NCBI GenBank assembly: GCA_016190305.1
Contig: JACPQU010000121.1
Span: forward strand, 1 to 44,959
Length of the DNA: 44,959 nt
Origin: Bacillota bacterium
GTDB taxonomy: Bacteria; Bacillota; JACPQU01
Reading direction: 5' to 3'
Shown here: one piece after another, positions 32,751 through 41,144 of the stretch
Position numbering within the stretch: position 1 is the stretch's first letter
How the letters are laid out: every line of letters starts with the position of its first letter
Notes under the pieces: generated by a model
Told to the model about the DNA's origin: nothing
Seen by the model: only the letters and a program-made list of their open reading frames with translations
The model's database searches: none
Program-made: the position numbers and the translations under genes

Positions 32751-33971
32751 CTAACGTTTTATGTTAACAAGCTCCTGGAGCATCTCGTCCGAGGTGGTGA
32801 TGATCCGGGAGTTGGCCTGGAAACCCCGCTGGGTGATGATCATCTCGATGAACTCCTTGGAGATGTCGACGTTGGACATCTCCAAGGTTCCCGGTGCGAT
32901 CGTCCCCCGGCTGGCCTTTCCGGCTTCCCCCACCTGGGGCAGGCCCGAGTTGTTGGAGGCCACGTAGAGGTTCTCACCGCGCTTGAGAAGGCCGCCCGGG
33001 TTCGTGAAGCCCGTGATCGCCACCTGCCCGAGCACATTGGTCAACCCGTTGGAGAAGACCCCGGTGATCACCCCGGTGTCGTCGATGGTGAAAGTCTCCA
33101 GGGTTCCCATCGGGAAACCGTTGCGCTCGGAGACCGTCACGGTGCTCTGCCCCCCAAGCTGGGTGACGGTGGAGAAATCGGGGGTGATCGTCACCGGGTT
33201 GGCCCCGCTGGGGGTGAAGGTCAGCGGCCCGCCTGTGGACGCCTGGTACTGGCCCAGGGAATTGAAGGTCAAGGTGCCGGAGTTCCCGGCCAGCCCGGCC
33301 GGTCCGGAGGCCGACCAATTCCAAGTGTTGGGCGCCGCCGCCTTTTCGAAGGTGAGGGTCAGGGTGCTGGTGGCGCCCAAGGAATCGAAGACGTCGACGA
33401 CGGCGACATAGGTCTCCCCGGTGGCAGCGCCCGGGTTCAGGTTATTGGCGAAGGCGATCCGGTCGGTGGGGCTGGCGTTGATGCTCTCCCCCAGGCGAAC
33501 CCGGATGTCGGCCAGGTTTTCCTGGTCCCGGATGGGCAGGACCCCTGACTCCGCCACCCAGCCCTGGACCCGCAAGCCATTGCTCGTATCGGACAGGAAG
33601 CCGGCGGAATCGACCTCGAAGGCCCCGCTCCGCGAATAAACGATCCGTTGGCCGTCCGCCATGGTGAAGAACCCGTTCCCCTGGATGGACAGGTCGGTCA
33701 TCTTGCCGGTGTTCTGCAGGTTGCCCTGGCCGTGGATCACGTCGATCCCGGAGATGGCCATCCCCAGGCCGATCTGCTGCGGGTTGGTGCCCCCGCGGTC
33801 AGCCATCGGGGCCGAGGCCCCCCTGGTGGTTTGGTAGAAGAGCTCCCGGAAGGTGACCCGTCCGGCCTTGAAGCCGATGGTGTTCACGTTGGCGATGTTG
33901 TTTCCGATCACATCCATCCGGGTCTGGTGGTTCCGCAACCCGGTCACCCCTGCGAACAGCGAACGCATCAT
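32751..33971 (-). CDS. flgE: Flagellar hook protein FlgE
   Basis: MMRSLFAGVTGLRNHQTRMDVIGNNIANVNTIGFK at the N-terminus. C-terminus LEMSNVDISKEFIEMIITQRGFQANSRIITTSDEMLQELVNIKR. Confidence 0.96.
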   Translation of the reverse strand: MMRSLFAGVTGLRNHQTRMDVIGNNIANVNTIGFKAGRVTFRELFYQTTRGASAPMADRGGTNPQQIGLGMAISGIDVIHGQGNLQNTGKMTDLSIQGNGFFTMADGQRIVYSRSGAFEVDSAGFLSDTSNGLRVQGWVAESGVLPIRDQENLADIRVRLGESINASPTDRIAFANNLNPGAATGETYVAVVDVFDSLGATSTLTLTFEKAAAPNTWNWSASGPAGLAGNSGTLTFNSLGQYQASTGGPLTFTPSGANPVTITPDFSTVTQLGGQSTVTVSERNGFPMGTLETFTIDDTGVITGVFSNGLTNVLGQVAITGFTNPGGLLKRGENLYVASNNSGLPQVGEAGKASRGTIAPGTLEMSNVDISKEFIEMIITQRGFQANSRIITTSDEMLQELVNIKR

Positions 33972-34155
33972 CCGTTGATCATCCTCCGCGGCGGGCGGCG
34001 CCTTTCAGTCCTTCTCAGCGCCTCGGCCTCCTTCGAGAGGTCCTGCCGGTTTAAACCCGCCAAGATATTGGGTCAAGCTTGGAAAACGCTCGTTCCGTCG
34101 GTATTGCTTATACAATGCTGTACCCGTAGAGTGGCGATGAGTTTTACGGCGATGC

Positions 34156-34596
34156 TCAAGCGATGACGGTGCTGTCGATGTTGCTGAACACGCCGCTTCT
34201 GCTGCGCGGTTGGGGCACCGCCGTGATCACGGTCCGGTTCTGCACGCTCACCACCAGCGCCAGGTCCTCAAGCAGGATCAGGGACTCCCGGCTCCCTCGC
34301 TCCGCGGCCTTCGACACCGCCCTGGCGAGACGATCCCCAGCCTCAGCTTCAAGGCGCACCTGCCCCTGCTCCAGCCGTTTACGGGCGTGGGCGGAGAAGA
34401 CTACGCCCTTTTCCGCCGCCGCCGAGAGGGCGTCGGCGAAGGTGCCTGGGCCAGTTCGCCGGGCAGGCGCCTGCCCGGCGGCCGCGGTTATTGCCTCGAT
34501 CCCTCCGGAGACGGTCTTCCCGACGGCCATCCGCCCCAGATCCATCTGCCCCGCGCCCAAGCCGGCCGGCTGGTTGATCCCCGAAGCGGCGCTCAT
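34156..34596 (-). CDS. Flagellar operon protein of the TIGR02530-like family (between flgD and flgE)
   Basis: VVFSAHARKRLEQGQVRL....SLILLEDLALVVSVQNRTVITAV......VFSNIDSTVI matches my memory of this family. 4-nt overlap with the flgD stop. Confidence 0.7.
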   Translation of the reverse strand: MSAASGINQPAGLGAGQMDLGRMAVGKTVSGGIEAITAAAGQAPARRTGPGTFADALSAAAEKGVVFSAHARKRLEQGQVRLEAEAGDRLARAVSKAAERGSRESLILLEDLALVVSVQNRTVITAVPQPRSRSGVFSNIDSTVIA

Positions 34597-35117
34597 TCCT
34601 GCCCGCCTCCCCCGTAACCCACCGTGATGATCCGGGCCGGGTCCACCGCTCGTTCGTCGACCAGAACCAGGGCTTGGCCCTGCTCCAGCTTCAGACCGGT
34701 GACCGTCCCCGAAAACGGGATCCCGGTTTCCGGATCTTCCACGGTAACCGCACGCCCGACCAGACCGACCAGACCGCTCAGGGTTCCCCCCGGCGAGGCC
34801 CAGAACTCTTCCATCTTCCGAAGGGCTCCGTTCAACTCCCCCAGTTGCTGGAGGAGGGTGAAGGTGGCCAGTTGCTCCAGGAACCCCTGGTTATCGGTGG
34901 GTTCCATGGGGTTTTGATACCTGAGCTGGGCGGACAACAGCTTGAGAAAGGATACCTGGTCAAGCGCCCCCGGAGTCGCCGCGCGCTGGGTTCCCCCGGT
35001 TGACCCGGAGCCCTGCCCGGTTGCGGCTGCAACTGTTCCGGTTCCCCTAAGCGGAAACCACGCCGGTGAAAGGCCGATCCCCGTATCACCCATCCCCTGC
35101 CACTCCTTTCCGGTCAA
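34593..35117 (-). CDS. flgD: Flagellar hook capping/assembly protein FlgD
   Basis: DQVSFLKLLSAQLRYQNPMEPTDNQGFLEQLATFTLLQQL is the FlgD signature. Confidence 0.93.
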   Translation of the reverse strand: MTGKEWQGMGDTGIGLSPAWFPLRGTGTVAAATGQGSGSTGGTQRAATPGALDQVSFLKLLSAQLRYQNPMEPTDNQGFLEQLATFTLLQQLGELNGALRKMEEFWASPGGTLSGLVGLVGRAVTVEDPETGIPFSGTVTGLKLEQGQALVLVDERAVDPARIITVGYGGGGQE

Positions 35118-35120
35118 TCG

Positions 35121-36815
35121 TCAAGCGAGTAAGTCGAGTACCCGGGCGAGGCCGCCCGGCGCCAGGATCCCGCCGACCGCGGACCCGGGGAGTTCCTCCC
35201 CGCTTCGGACATCTTTCGGCCGCCCATGGACGCCGTTTGCTCCACTTCCTTCCAGAGACCACGGAAACGGCTTTCCGGCTGGATCACCACCCTGATCACC
35301 GCCCGGGGCGCCCGCTGTTTCCCCACCGGCGGCACCGCCGCCCGGCTCCAGGCCCGGTGCCCATCCGGGCCCTCCGCCCGGTTTAGCGTTTAGTTCAACC
35401 CCGGCGACCAAGACCCGGAAGTCGCCCACCTTCAACCCATCCCGGCCCAGGTGTTCCCTCAGTTCCGGCAATACCTGTTCCAGAAATTTTCCCGCCGTGG
35501 TATCGGCGGTCGTGAACCTGGCCGCGAGGGTTCCCTCGGACATCCTGAGCTTGATCCCCAGGGTGCCCAGCTCCTCGGAGTCCACCGCAAGGTGGACCTC
35601 CGGATTCGAATCCAGCTGGGACCACCGGGCGCGGTAGCCTGCGGCGGGCGAATCCTCCGGAGCGAAGACCCCGGTTTCTCCCGCCGACCCGGTGGCCGTG
35701 CCTTCTCTGGTTGCCTGGCCTCCCTGCGCACCGGTTGGGCCTTGTCCGGCCAGCGCCGAGGCCGGCGCGATCGCGCTTTCTTCCCCGGAGGGTGCTGCCG
35801 GTGCCCATGCTGGTGTCCAGGCCGGCCCCCCGGTCCTGCCTTTCCCGGCGGTGGTCCCGGCCGGTGGGCCTTCAACGGCGGTGAGCGCGGCCGGATCCGC
35901 ACCCTTGCCGCCCGGCTCCGGAGACCTTTCATTCTTCCGATTTCCCCTAGGCTCCCAAGTGCTGGAGGGCTCCTGGGTTACGGAGGGTTCCCGGATGGCG
36001 GAGGGCGCATGGTTCAAGGAAGTCTCCCGGATACCGGAATTTGTCCCTGGGTATACCCTGGTTACCTGTTTTGCAGCATCTTCGCCGGTTTGAACCGGGG
36101 ACCATGACCCGGCTCCGGCGCCGTTGCCGGTACCGGAGTGTCTTCGGGATTCCCCGGAGGCGCCCGGCTCGGATGCAGCCAGCTCCTTGGATCCGGCCGG
36201 ACCATCGGCGGCGATAGCACTTTCGGACACGCCCGGATGGCCGGGATCCTCCGGTGCGCCATGGGCGAGTAGACTGCCCGGGGCTCCCGGCTTGCTGGTA
36301 TCGGCCGCTCCTTCAGAAGCGGTGACTGAACCGTGGATCGACCTCCCGTCAACCGGAATTCCGCCGGTGAACTTCCCGTCAGCGGCCTCCCGGTGATCCG
36401 CGGCCCGGAAGACGTTTACCCAGGCAGCCCCGGCCTGGGATGGATCGAGCGCGTCGAGGGGTCTTTCCCGTTCCTCAGCCAAAGTTGCCGGTTCCGGTTT
36501 GATGTCTTGATCGGAATCATTGGAGCCGCGGGTTCCGGTGAACGACCCTCCGGTCCTGGCATCCATCCATTCCTTGAAGGATCCCGCCGCGGCTCCCTCG
36601 TCCCCCCCATTCCCAGCCCTGCTTCCCGGGCCGGCGGCGGCCTTACACCGGGGAACTTCCGCCTTGGGCACCCGCTGAGGGCGGACGGAGGTTTGCGGGG
36701 CGGTTTGGACAGCCGCCCGGACGGTGACTTGTTGATTGGACATCACCTTTGGTTCAATGACGATTTGCATCATTTCACCTCCCCTCTCCAGCCGGTGGAT
36801 TGTCGGGCTAATCAT
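35121..36815 (-). CDS. fliK: Flagellar hook-length control protein FliK
   Basis: Long Pro/Gly/Ala-rich region followed by a C-terminal Flg_hook-type domain (LAVDSEELGTLGIKLRMSEGTLAARFTTADTTAGKFLEQVLPELREHLGRDGLKVGDFRV). The alternative start at 36773 (MMQIV) has a strong GGAGG. Confidence 0.85.
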   Translation of the reverse strand: MISPTIHRLERGGEMMQIVIEPKVMSNQQVTVRAAVQTAPQTSVRPQRVPKAEVPRCKAAAGPGSRAGNGGDEGAAAGSFKEWMDARTGGSFTGTRGSNDSDQDIKPEPATLAEERERPLDALDPSQAGAAWVNVFRAADHREAADGKFTGGIPVDGRSIHGSVTASEGAADTSKPGAPGSLLAHGAPEDPGHPGVSESAIAADGPAGSKELAASEPGASGESRRHSGTGNGAGAGSWSPVQTGEDAAKQVTRVYPGTNSGIRETSLNHAPSAIREPSVTQEPSSTWEPRGNRKNERSPEPGGKGADPAALTAVEGPPAGTTAGKGRTGGPAWTPAWAPAAPSGEESAIAPASALAGQGPTGAQGGQATREGTATGSAGETGVFAPEDSPAAGYRARWSQLDSNPEVHLAVDSEELGTLGIKLRMSEGTLAARFTTADTTAGKFLEQVLPELREHLGRDGLKVGDFRVLVAGVELNAKPGGGPGWAPGLEPGGGAAGGETAGAPGGDQGGDPAGKPFPWSLEGSGANGVHGRPKDVRSGEELPGSAVGGILAPGGLARVLDLLA

Positions 36816-37371
36816 GGTTCAGGTTGTTGCTGTCCTGGCGCGAGAGGAAAGCCGCGTCAAGCTCTTTTTGGAGACGCCGTCCCTCCGCGGCCTGGAAAAT
36901 GGCACGCCTCCGTTCATCCAGTCGCCTCAAGCCGCGAATACCCCTGCGGGCCGCTTCGGCTGCCCCGGCCAGCCGCCGCTCCTCCTCCCTGACCCTGGAC
37001 AGGTGACCGCGGCTTTCCGCGACCCGCCTCTCCAGGGCCAGGCACCAGCGGCTCCAGCTTTCCAGTTCATCCCCGGTGGCCCAGCGGGCCGGGCCGGGTA
37101 CAGCGGGGGAATCCGTTCCGGTTGCGGCGTTGATCCCTGTACCGACGGTCCCGGCACCGTTGATTACCGTCGGCCCCCCCATCCCCGCCGGCCGGCCGAT
37201 CCCCCCGGGCATGCATCCCCGCCAGGACTCCAGTTCAAGTTCCCGGCCCTCTACGTCGGCGGCGGCCTCCCGGCTTCTTCGAACGGAACTCTCCAGATCC
37301 AGCCGGGCCATCTTTTCGAGGAGTTCCTTCACCCTGAGGACCTGGGCCAATCGAAACCTGTAGCCGCTCAC
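36808..37371 (-). CDS. fliJ: Flagellar export protein FliJ (with Gly/Thr/Pro-rich insert)
   Basis: GTG at 37371 overlaps the fliI TGA (GTGA). YRFRLAQVLRVKELLEKMARLDLESS is a FliJ-type coiled-coil start. The track ORF to 37590 is an upstream extension through the fliI 3' end. Confidence 0.8.
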   Translation of the reverse strand: MSGYRFRLAQVLRVKELLEKMARLDLESSVRRSREAAADVEGRELELESWRGCMPGGIGRPAGMGGPTVINGAGTVGTGINAATGTDSPAVPGPARWATGDELESWSRWCLALERRVAESRGHLSRVREEERRLAGAAEAARRGIRGLRRLDERRRAIFQAAEGRRLQKELDAAFLSRQDSNNLNHD

Positions 37372-38726
37372 GGTTGAGCCTCTCCTTTCCGGCCCTTGGA
37401 CAGGAGCCCGAGGAGGTGCAGCGTGTCCTCGAAGGTGGCGCCATCCTCGGGCGGCTGCCGCAGGAGGTCCATCACGGCGCCATGGTTGGCCCGCGCCAGG
37501 TCGATCTCGGGATTGGCGCCTTCGACATAGGCCCCAATGTTGATGAGATCCTCGGCTTCCCTGTAGGTCGCCAGGATCCGGCGCACCCACCCCGCCCGCT
37601 CCCGGTGCTCAGGCGTCACGAGGTCCCGCATGAGCCTGCTCACGCTGCCGAGGACGTCCACCGCCGGGTAGTGGTTGCGGGAGGCCAGATCCCTCGAGAG
37701 AAAGATGTGACCGTCGAGGAGCCCCCTCACCGCGTCACTGATCGGCTCGCCGGGGTCGTCCCCCTCGACGAGGACGGTGTAGAATCCCGTGATGCTCCCC
37801 TCGCCGGTCCGCCCCGCCCGTTCCAGGAGCCTGGGAAGCTGTCCGAAGACCGAGGGCGTGTAGCCGCGGGCCGTGGGCGGTTCCCCGGCGGCCAGGCCCA
37901 CTTCCCGGAGGGCCATGGCGAAGCGGGTCAGGGAATCCATCAGGAGGAGCACGTCCAAGCCTCGATCCCGGTAGAACTCGGCAAGGGCCGTGGCCACCTG
38001 GGCCGCTTTGACCCGCTCCATCGCGGGCCGGTCGGAGGTAGCCGCGACCACCACGCTCCGGGCCAGGCCTTCCGGGCCCAGATCCCGCTCCAGAAAGTCC
38101 TTGACCTCGCGCCCCCGCTCACCCACCAGGGCGATCACGGCCACGTCGGCTTCGGTGTGGCGCGCGATCATCCCGAGCAGGGTGCTCTTGCCGACCCCGC
38201 TCCCCGAAAAGATCCCGATCCTCTGCCCTCGGCCACAGGTGAGCAGGGCATCCACCGCCCGGACTCCCACTCCCAGCCGCTGGGTGATCCGGACCCTGTC
38301 CAGGGGGGATGGGCCGGAGGCCTCCACCGGGCGCCGCTCCTCGACCGCCGTCGATCCCTGCCCATCGATGGGTCGCCCGAGCCCGTCCAGGACCCGGCCC
38401 AGCATGTCCGGGCCCACCGGCACGGTGAAGGACTCGCCCGAAGCCAGAACCTCGGCGCCCGGGGAAATGGAGCGCATCTCCCCCAGGGGGAGGAGCAGAA
38501 CGGAGTTCCCCCGAAATCCGACCACCTCGGCCTTGATCTCCCTGCCGTTTTCCGCGAGCACCGTGCACAGTTCGCCCAACCTGGCCTTCGGCCCCAGGGA
38601 CTCGATGGTCAGACCGACCACCTTGCTCACCCGCCCCCGGTAGGCGTACGGGTCGCACGCGGCCACCGCCTGGAACCATCCGTCCCAGGAGAGCCCTCCC
38701 TCCCGGGTCAACCCGTGAAACATCAA
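37368..38726 (-). CDS. fliI: Flagellum-specific ATPase FliI
   Basis: Walker A GSGVGKSTLLGMIARH, Walker B VLLLMDSLTRFAMALRE, and an F1-ATPase-like fold pattern. Confidence 0.97.
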   Translation of the reverse strand: MMFHGLTREGGLSWDGWFQAVAACDPYAYRGRVSKVVGLTIESLGPKARLGELCTVLAENGREIKAEVVGFRGNSVLLLPLGEMRSISPGAEVLASGESFTVPVGPDMLGRVLDGLGRPIDGQGSTAVEERRPVEASGPSPLDRVRITQRLGVGVRAVDALLTCGRGQRIGIFSGSGVGKSTLLGMIARHTEADVAVIALVGERGREVKDFLERDLGPEGLARSVVVAATSDRPAMERVKAAQVATALAEFYRDRGLDVLLLMDSLTRFAMALREVGLAAGEPPTARGYTPSVFGQLPRLLERAGRTGEGSITGFYTVLVEGDDPGEPISDAVRGLLDGHIFLSRDLASRNHYPAVDVLGSVSRLMRDLVTPEHRERAGWVRRILATYREAEDLINIGAYVEGANPEIDLARANHGAVMDLLRQPPEDGATFEDTLHLLGLLSKGRKGEAQP

Positions 38727-39961
38727 GCCCCTCGCCTCCCGCCGCCCGCCCGCCGGGATCCGCCGGCTTTCGATTCCGCCGCATCCTTTGCCGCCGTTCC
38801 AGCCGCCGCCCTCGCGGGCGCATCCCCTGCGGCAGCGCCCCCGGGCAGGCCCCCGGCAGCGCCGTCCACCGCTCTTTCCGCCGCGTCCCCGCCAGCGTCC
38901 CAGGTATCACCGTGCGTAACGCGCTCCGCGGCACCGTACGCAGGGCCGTAAGTAACGCCGTCCTCCCCGCGGCTTTCACCCTCGGGCTCTCCCTCCGTCT
39001 CCAGCCCGGCTTCCCGGCGGAGCCGCCGCTCGATGTTTTTCAACTGGATCCCAATCCGGGCGTCCACCTCTCCCATCGGTGTCTCCACCACGCACCCACC
39101 CTGCTCCACCCGGTTGTCCGGAACGATCCGCAGGCCGGGGTTCGCCCCTCCCTCCCCGCGGCCGGGCAATTCCTTTTCCCTGGCGCGCAAGGTGGGCACG
39201 TCCACCGGATTGGCGCGCAGGGTGATCCCGTCCAAGTCCCGCAGGGGGGCCAGGACATGGGAAGCCAGGTGCAGCACACCCTGGGGCGATAGGGAGATCT
39301 CGCGCAGGAGAATCTTCTGGGCGATGGCCACCGCCAGTCGGACGATCTCCATCTGGCCGGCCTGGATGACCCCTCTTGTCCCTTGGATGGCCTTTTCCCG
39401 GATCGCCTCGGCTTCCGCCATGACCCGCCCGGCTTCCGCCCGGGCCGCCTCCAGGATTGGCTTCATCTCCGCCTCCATCTCGGCCCGCCCCATGGCCAGG
39501 CCGGCGGCGTAGCCGTCCAGGTATCCCCTGTCGACGCTCGCTCTGGTCCCGTCTGCCAGGTCTTCCACCTCCCCCTGATCGCCCGCCTCTCCCGGCGGCC
39601 GGGAATCATAGCCCTCTTCCCTTTCCTTCACCAGCACCGCCGCGCCGTGTGGACCATGCTTGCCGTTGAAACGTTGTGCCCCGACTGGACGAAGCGCACC
39701 GCTCCCGCTCCCCGCGTCCTCCCCTCCTGCTGCGCCCGCAACGCCACCCACACCAGCAACTCCACCCGTACCCACGACGGCGCCTACGCCCGCAACGCCG
39801 CCTACACGGGCCACAAGGTCGGAGAACGGTTCCATGTTCCACGGTCCGGCACTGCCGTCGTCCAGGGACACCCGCCGGCGCCCCCGGTCGAAAGCCCACG
39901 GTTTGATAACCTTGCTCCACCCGCGCCGGTCGAAGTCAGGCAATGATCTCATCTCCCTCAC
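38723..39961 (-). CDS. fliH: Flagellar assembly protein FliH (long low-complexity N- and C-terminal regions)
   Basis: Core GYLDGYAAGLAMGRAEMEAE...VRLAVAIAQKILLREISLSPQGVLHLASHVL...LRANPVDV...IVPDNRVEQGGCVVETPMGEVDARIGIQL. The start is uncertain (GTG 39961, ATG 39952 or TTG 39943). Confidence 0.85.
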   Translation of the reverse strand: MREMRSLPDFDRRGWSKVIKPWAFDRGRRRVSLDDGSAGPWNMEPFSDLVARVGGVAGVGAVVGTGGVAGVGGVAGAAGGEDAGSGSGALRPVGAQRFNGKHGPHGAAVLVKEREEGYDSRPPGEAGDQGEVEDLADGTRASVDRGYLDGYAAGLAMGRAEMEAEMKPILEAARAEAGRVMAEAEAIREKAIQGTRGVIQAGQMEIVRLAVAIAQKILLREISLSPQGVLHLASHVLAPLRDLDGITLRANPVDVPTLRAREKELPGRGEGGANPGLRIVPDNRVEQGGCVVETPMGEVDARIGIQLKNIERRLRREAGLETEGEPEGESRGEDGVTYGPAYGAAERVTHGDTWDAGGDAAERAVDGAAGGLPGGAAAGDAPARAAAGTAAKDAAESKAGGSRRAGGGRRGA

Positions 39962-40979
39962 CCCTGGCGATGAGGATCTCCCCTTCTTCTTCGAGGCGCC
40001 GGATGACGCTCACGACCTTCTGCTGGGCCTCCTCCACCTCGCGCAGGCGGACCGGCCCGAGGTACTCCATGTCGTCCCGCAGGTTCTCCCCGGCGCGCTG
40101 GGAGAGGTTCTTGAAGATCTTTGCCTTGACGTCGTCGCTGGCCACCTTGAGGGCGACCGGGAGGTCCTTGGTGAGATCGATCTCCCTCAGGGCCTGCTGC
40201 AGCGAGCGATCGTCGAGGAGCACGAGGTCCTCGAAGACGAAGAGCTTTTTCTTGATCTCCTCGGTCAGGGCGGGATCCTCGCGCTCCAGGTTTTCCAGAA
40301 TGCCCTTCTCGGTGGAGCGGTCGACGTGGTTCAGCACCTGAACTACCGCGTCAATCCCCCCGGCGCTCGAGTAGTCCTGGATGAGCAGGGAGGAGATCTT
40401 GCGTTCGAGCACCCCTTCCACGCTCTGGATCACCTCCGGGGAGGTCTTCTTCATGGTGGCGATCCGGCGGACGACGTCGGTCTGCACCTGGAGGCTGAGC
40501 GAGGCGAGGATCGACGAGGCCTGGTTGGGGTTGAGGTGGGAGATGATCAGGGCGATGGTCTGGGGGTGCTCGTTCTGGAGGAAGTTGGCCAGTTGTCCGG
40601 GATCGGCCTTGCGCGCCAGGTCGAACGGGCGAAGCTGAAGAGACGAGTTCATCTTGCGGATGATGTCTTGGGCCCGCGGGTGCCCGAGGGCCTTCTCCAG
40701 CATGTCCCGCGCGTATTCCACCCCGCCTTTGGCCATGTACTCACCGGCCAGAAGGGATTCCATGAACTCGTCCAGCACCGAGGCCGTCACTTCCGGCTTG
40801 ACCTGGCCCACGCCGGAGATCTCCTGGCCGATCCGCTCGATAGCCGCCTCGGGAAGCTCCTTGATCACCCGGGCCGCCAGTTCCGTTCCCAGGGAGATCA
40901 GGGTGATCGCCGCCTTCTGGGCGCCGGTAAGATCTACTTTGCTTCTGGCCTTCAACGCCGCCTCCGCCACTGGCCACAC
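39936..40979 (-). CDS. fliG: Flagellar motor switch protein FliG
   Basis: LTGAQKAAITLISLGTELAARVIKELPEAAIERIGQEI and the C-terminal torque helix region (LSQRAGENLRDDMEYLGPVRLREVEEAQQKVVSVIRRLEEEGEI). The GTG at 40970 has better SD spacing than 40979. Confidence 0.96.
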   Translation of the reverse strand: MWPVAEAALKARSKVDLTGAQKAAITLISLGTELAARVIKELPEAAIERIGQEISGVGQVKPEVTASVLDEFMESLLAGEYMAKGGVEYARDMLEKALGHPRAQDIIRKMNSSLQLRPFDLARKADPGQLANFLQNEHPQTIALIISHLNPNQASSILASLSLQVQTDVVRRIATMKKTSPEVIQSVEGVLERKISSLLIQDYSSAGGIDAVVQVLNHVDRSTEKGILENLEREDPALTEEIKKKLFVFEDLVLLDDRSLQQALREIDLTKDLPVALKVASDDVKAKIFKNLSQRAGENLRDDMEYLGPVRLREVEEAQQKVVSVIRRLEEEGEILIARGEGDEIIA

Positions 40980-41031
40980 TCCTAGCCTGAAAGTTTATCC
41001 CTGGTCCCGAAAACCTTGGTTGCTTCCGGGT

Positions 41032-41069
41032 TTCCCTAAACTGATCCGGCCTTCCCTAAACTGATCCGG
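41032..41069. repeat. 18-bp perfect direct repeat (ttccctaaactgatccgg, two copies, 2-nt spacer) in the fliF-fliG spacer
   Basis: Copies at 41032-41049 and 41052-41069, read directly. Confidence 0.9.
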
Positions 41070-41144
41070 AAAATCCGGCATCGCGTCAGGTGATTCCAGA
41101 AATGCTGGCGGTTTGCCGAATGCCCGCCGGCCAATCCCCGAACG

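Noticed and set aside
37374-38951. 525-aa + strand ORF
   Set aside because: It is antisense to fliI and fliH. Its composition is biased (P/G/R/H), it has no recognisable motif, and no SD is evident. It is a shadow ORF.
39660-40985. 441-aa + strand ORF
   Set aside because: It is antisense to fliG, whose identity is certain. It is a low-complexity Leu/Gly/His/Asp-rich product.
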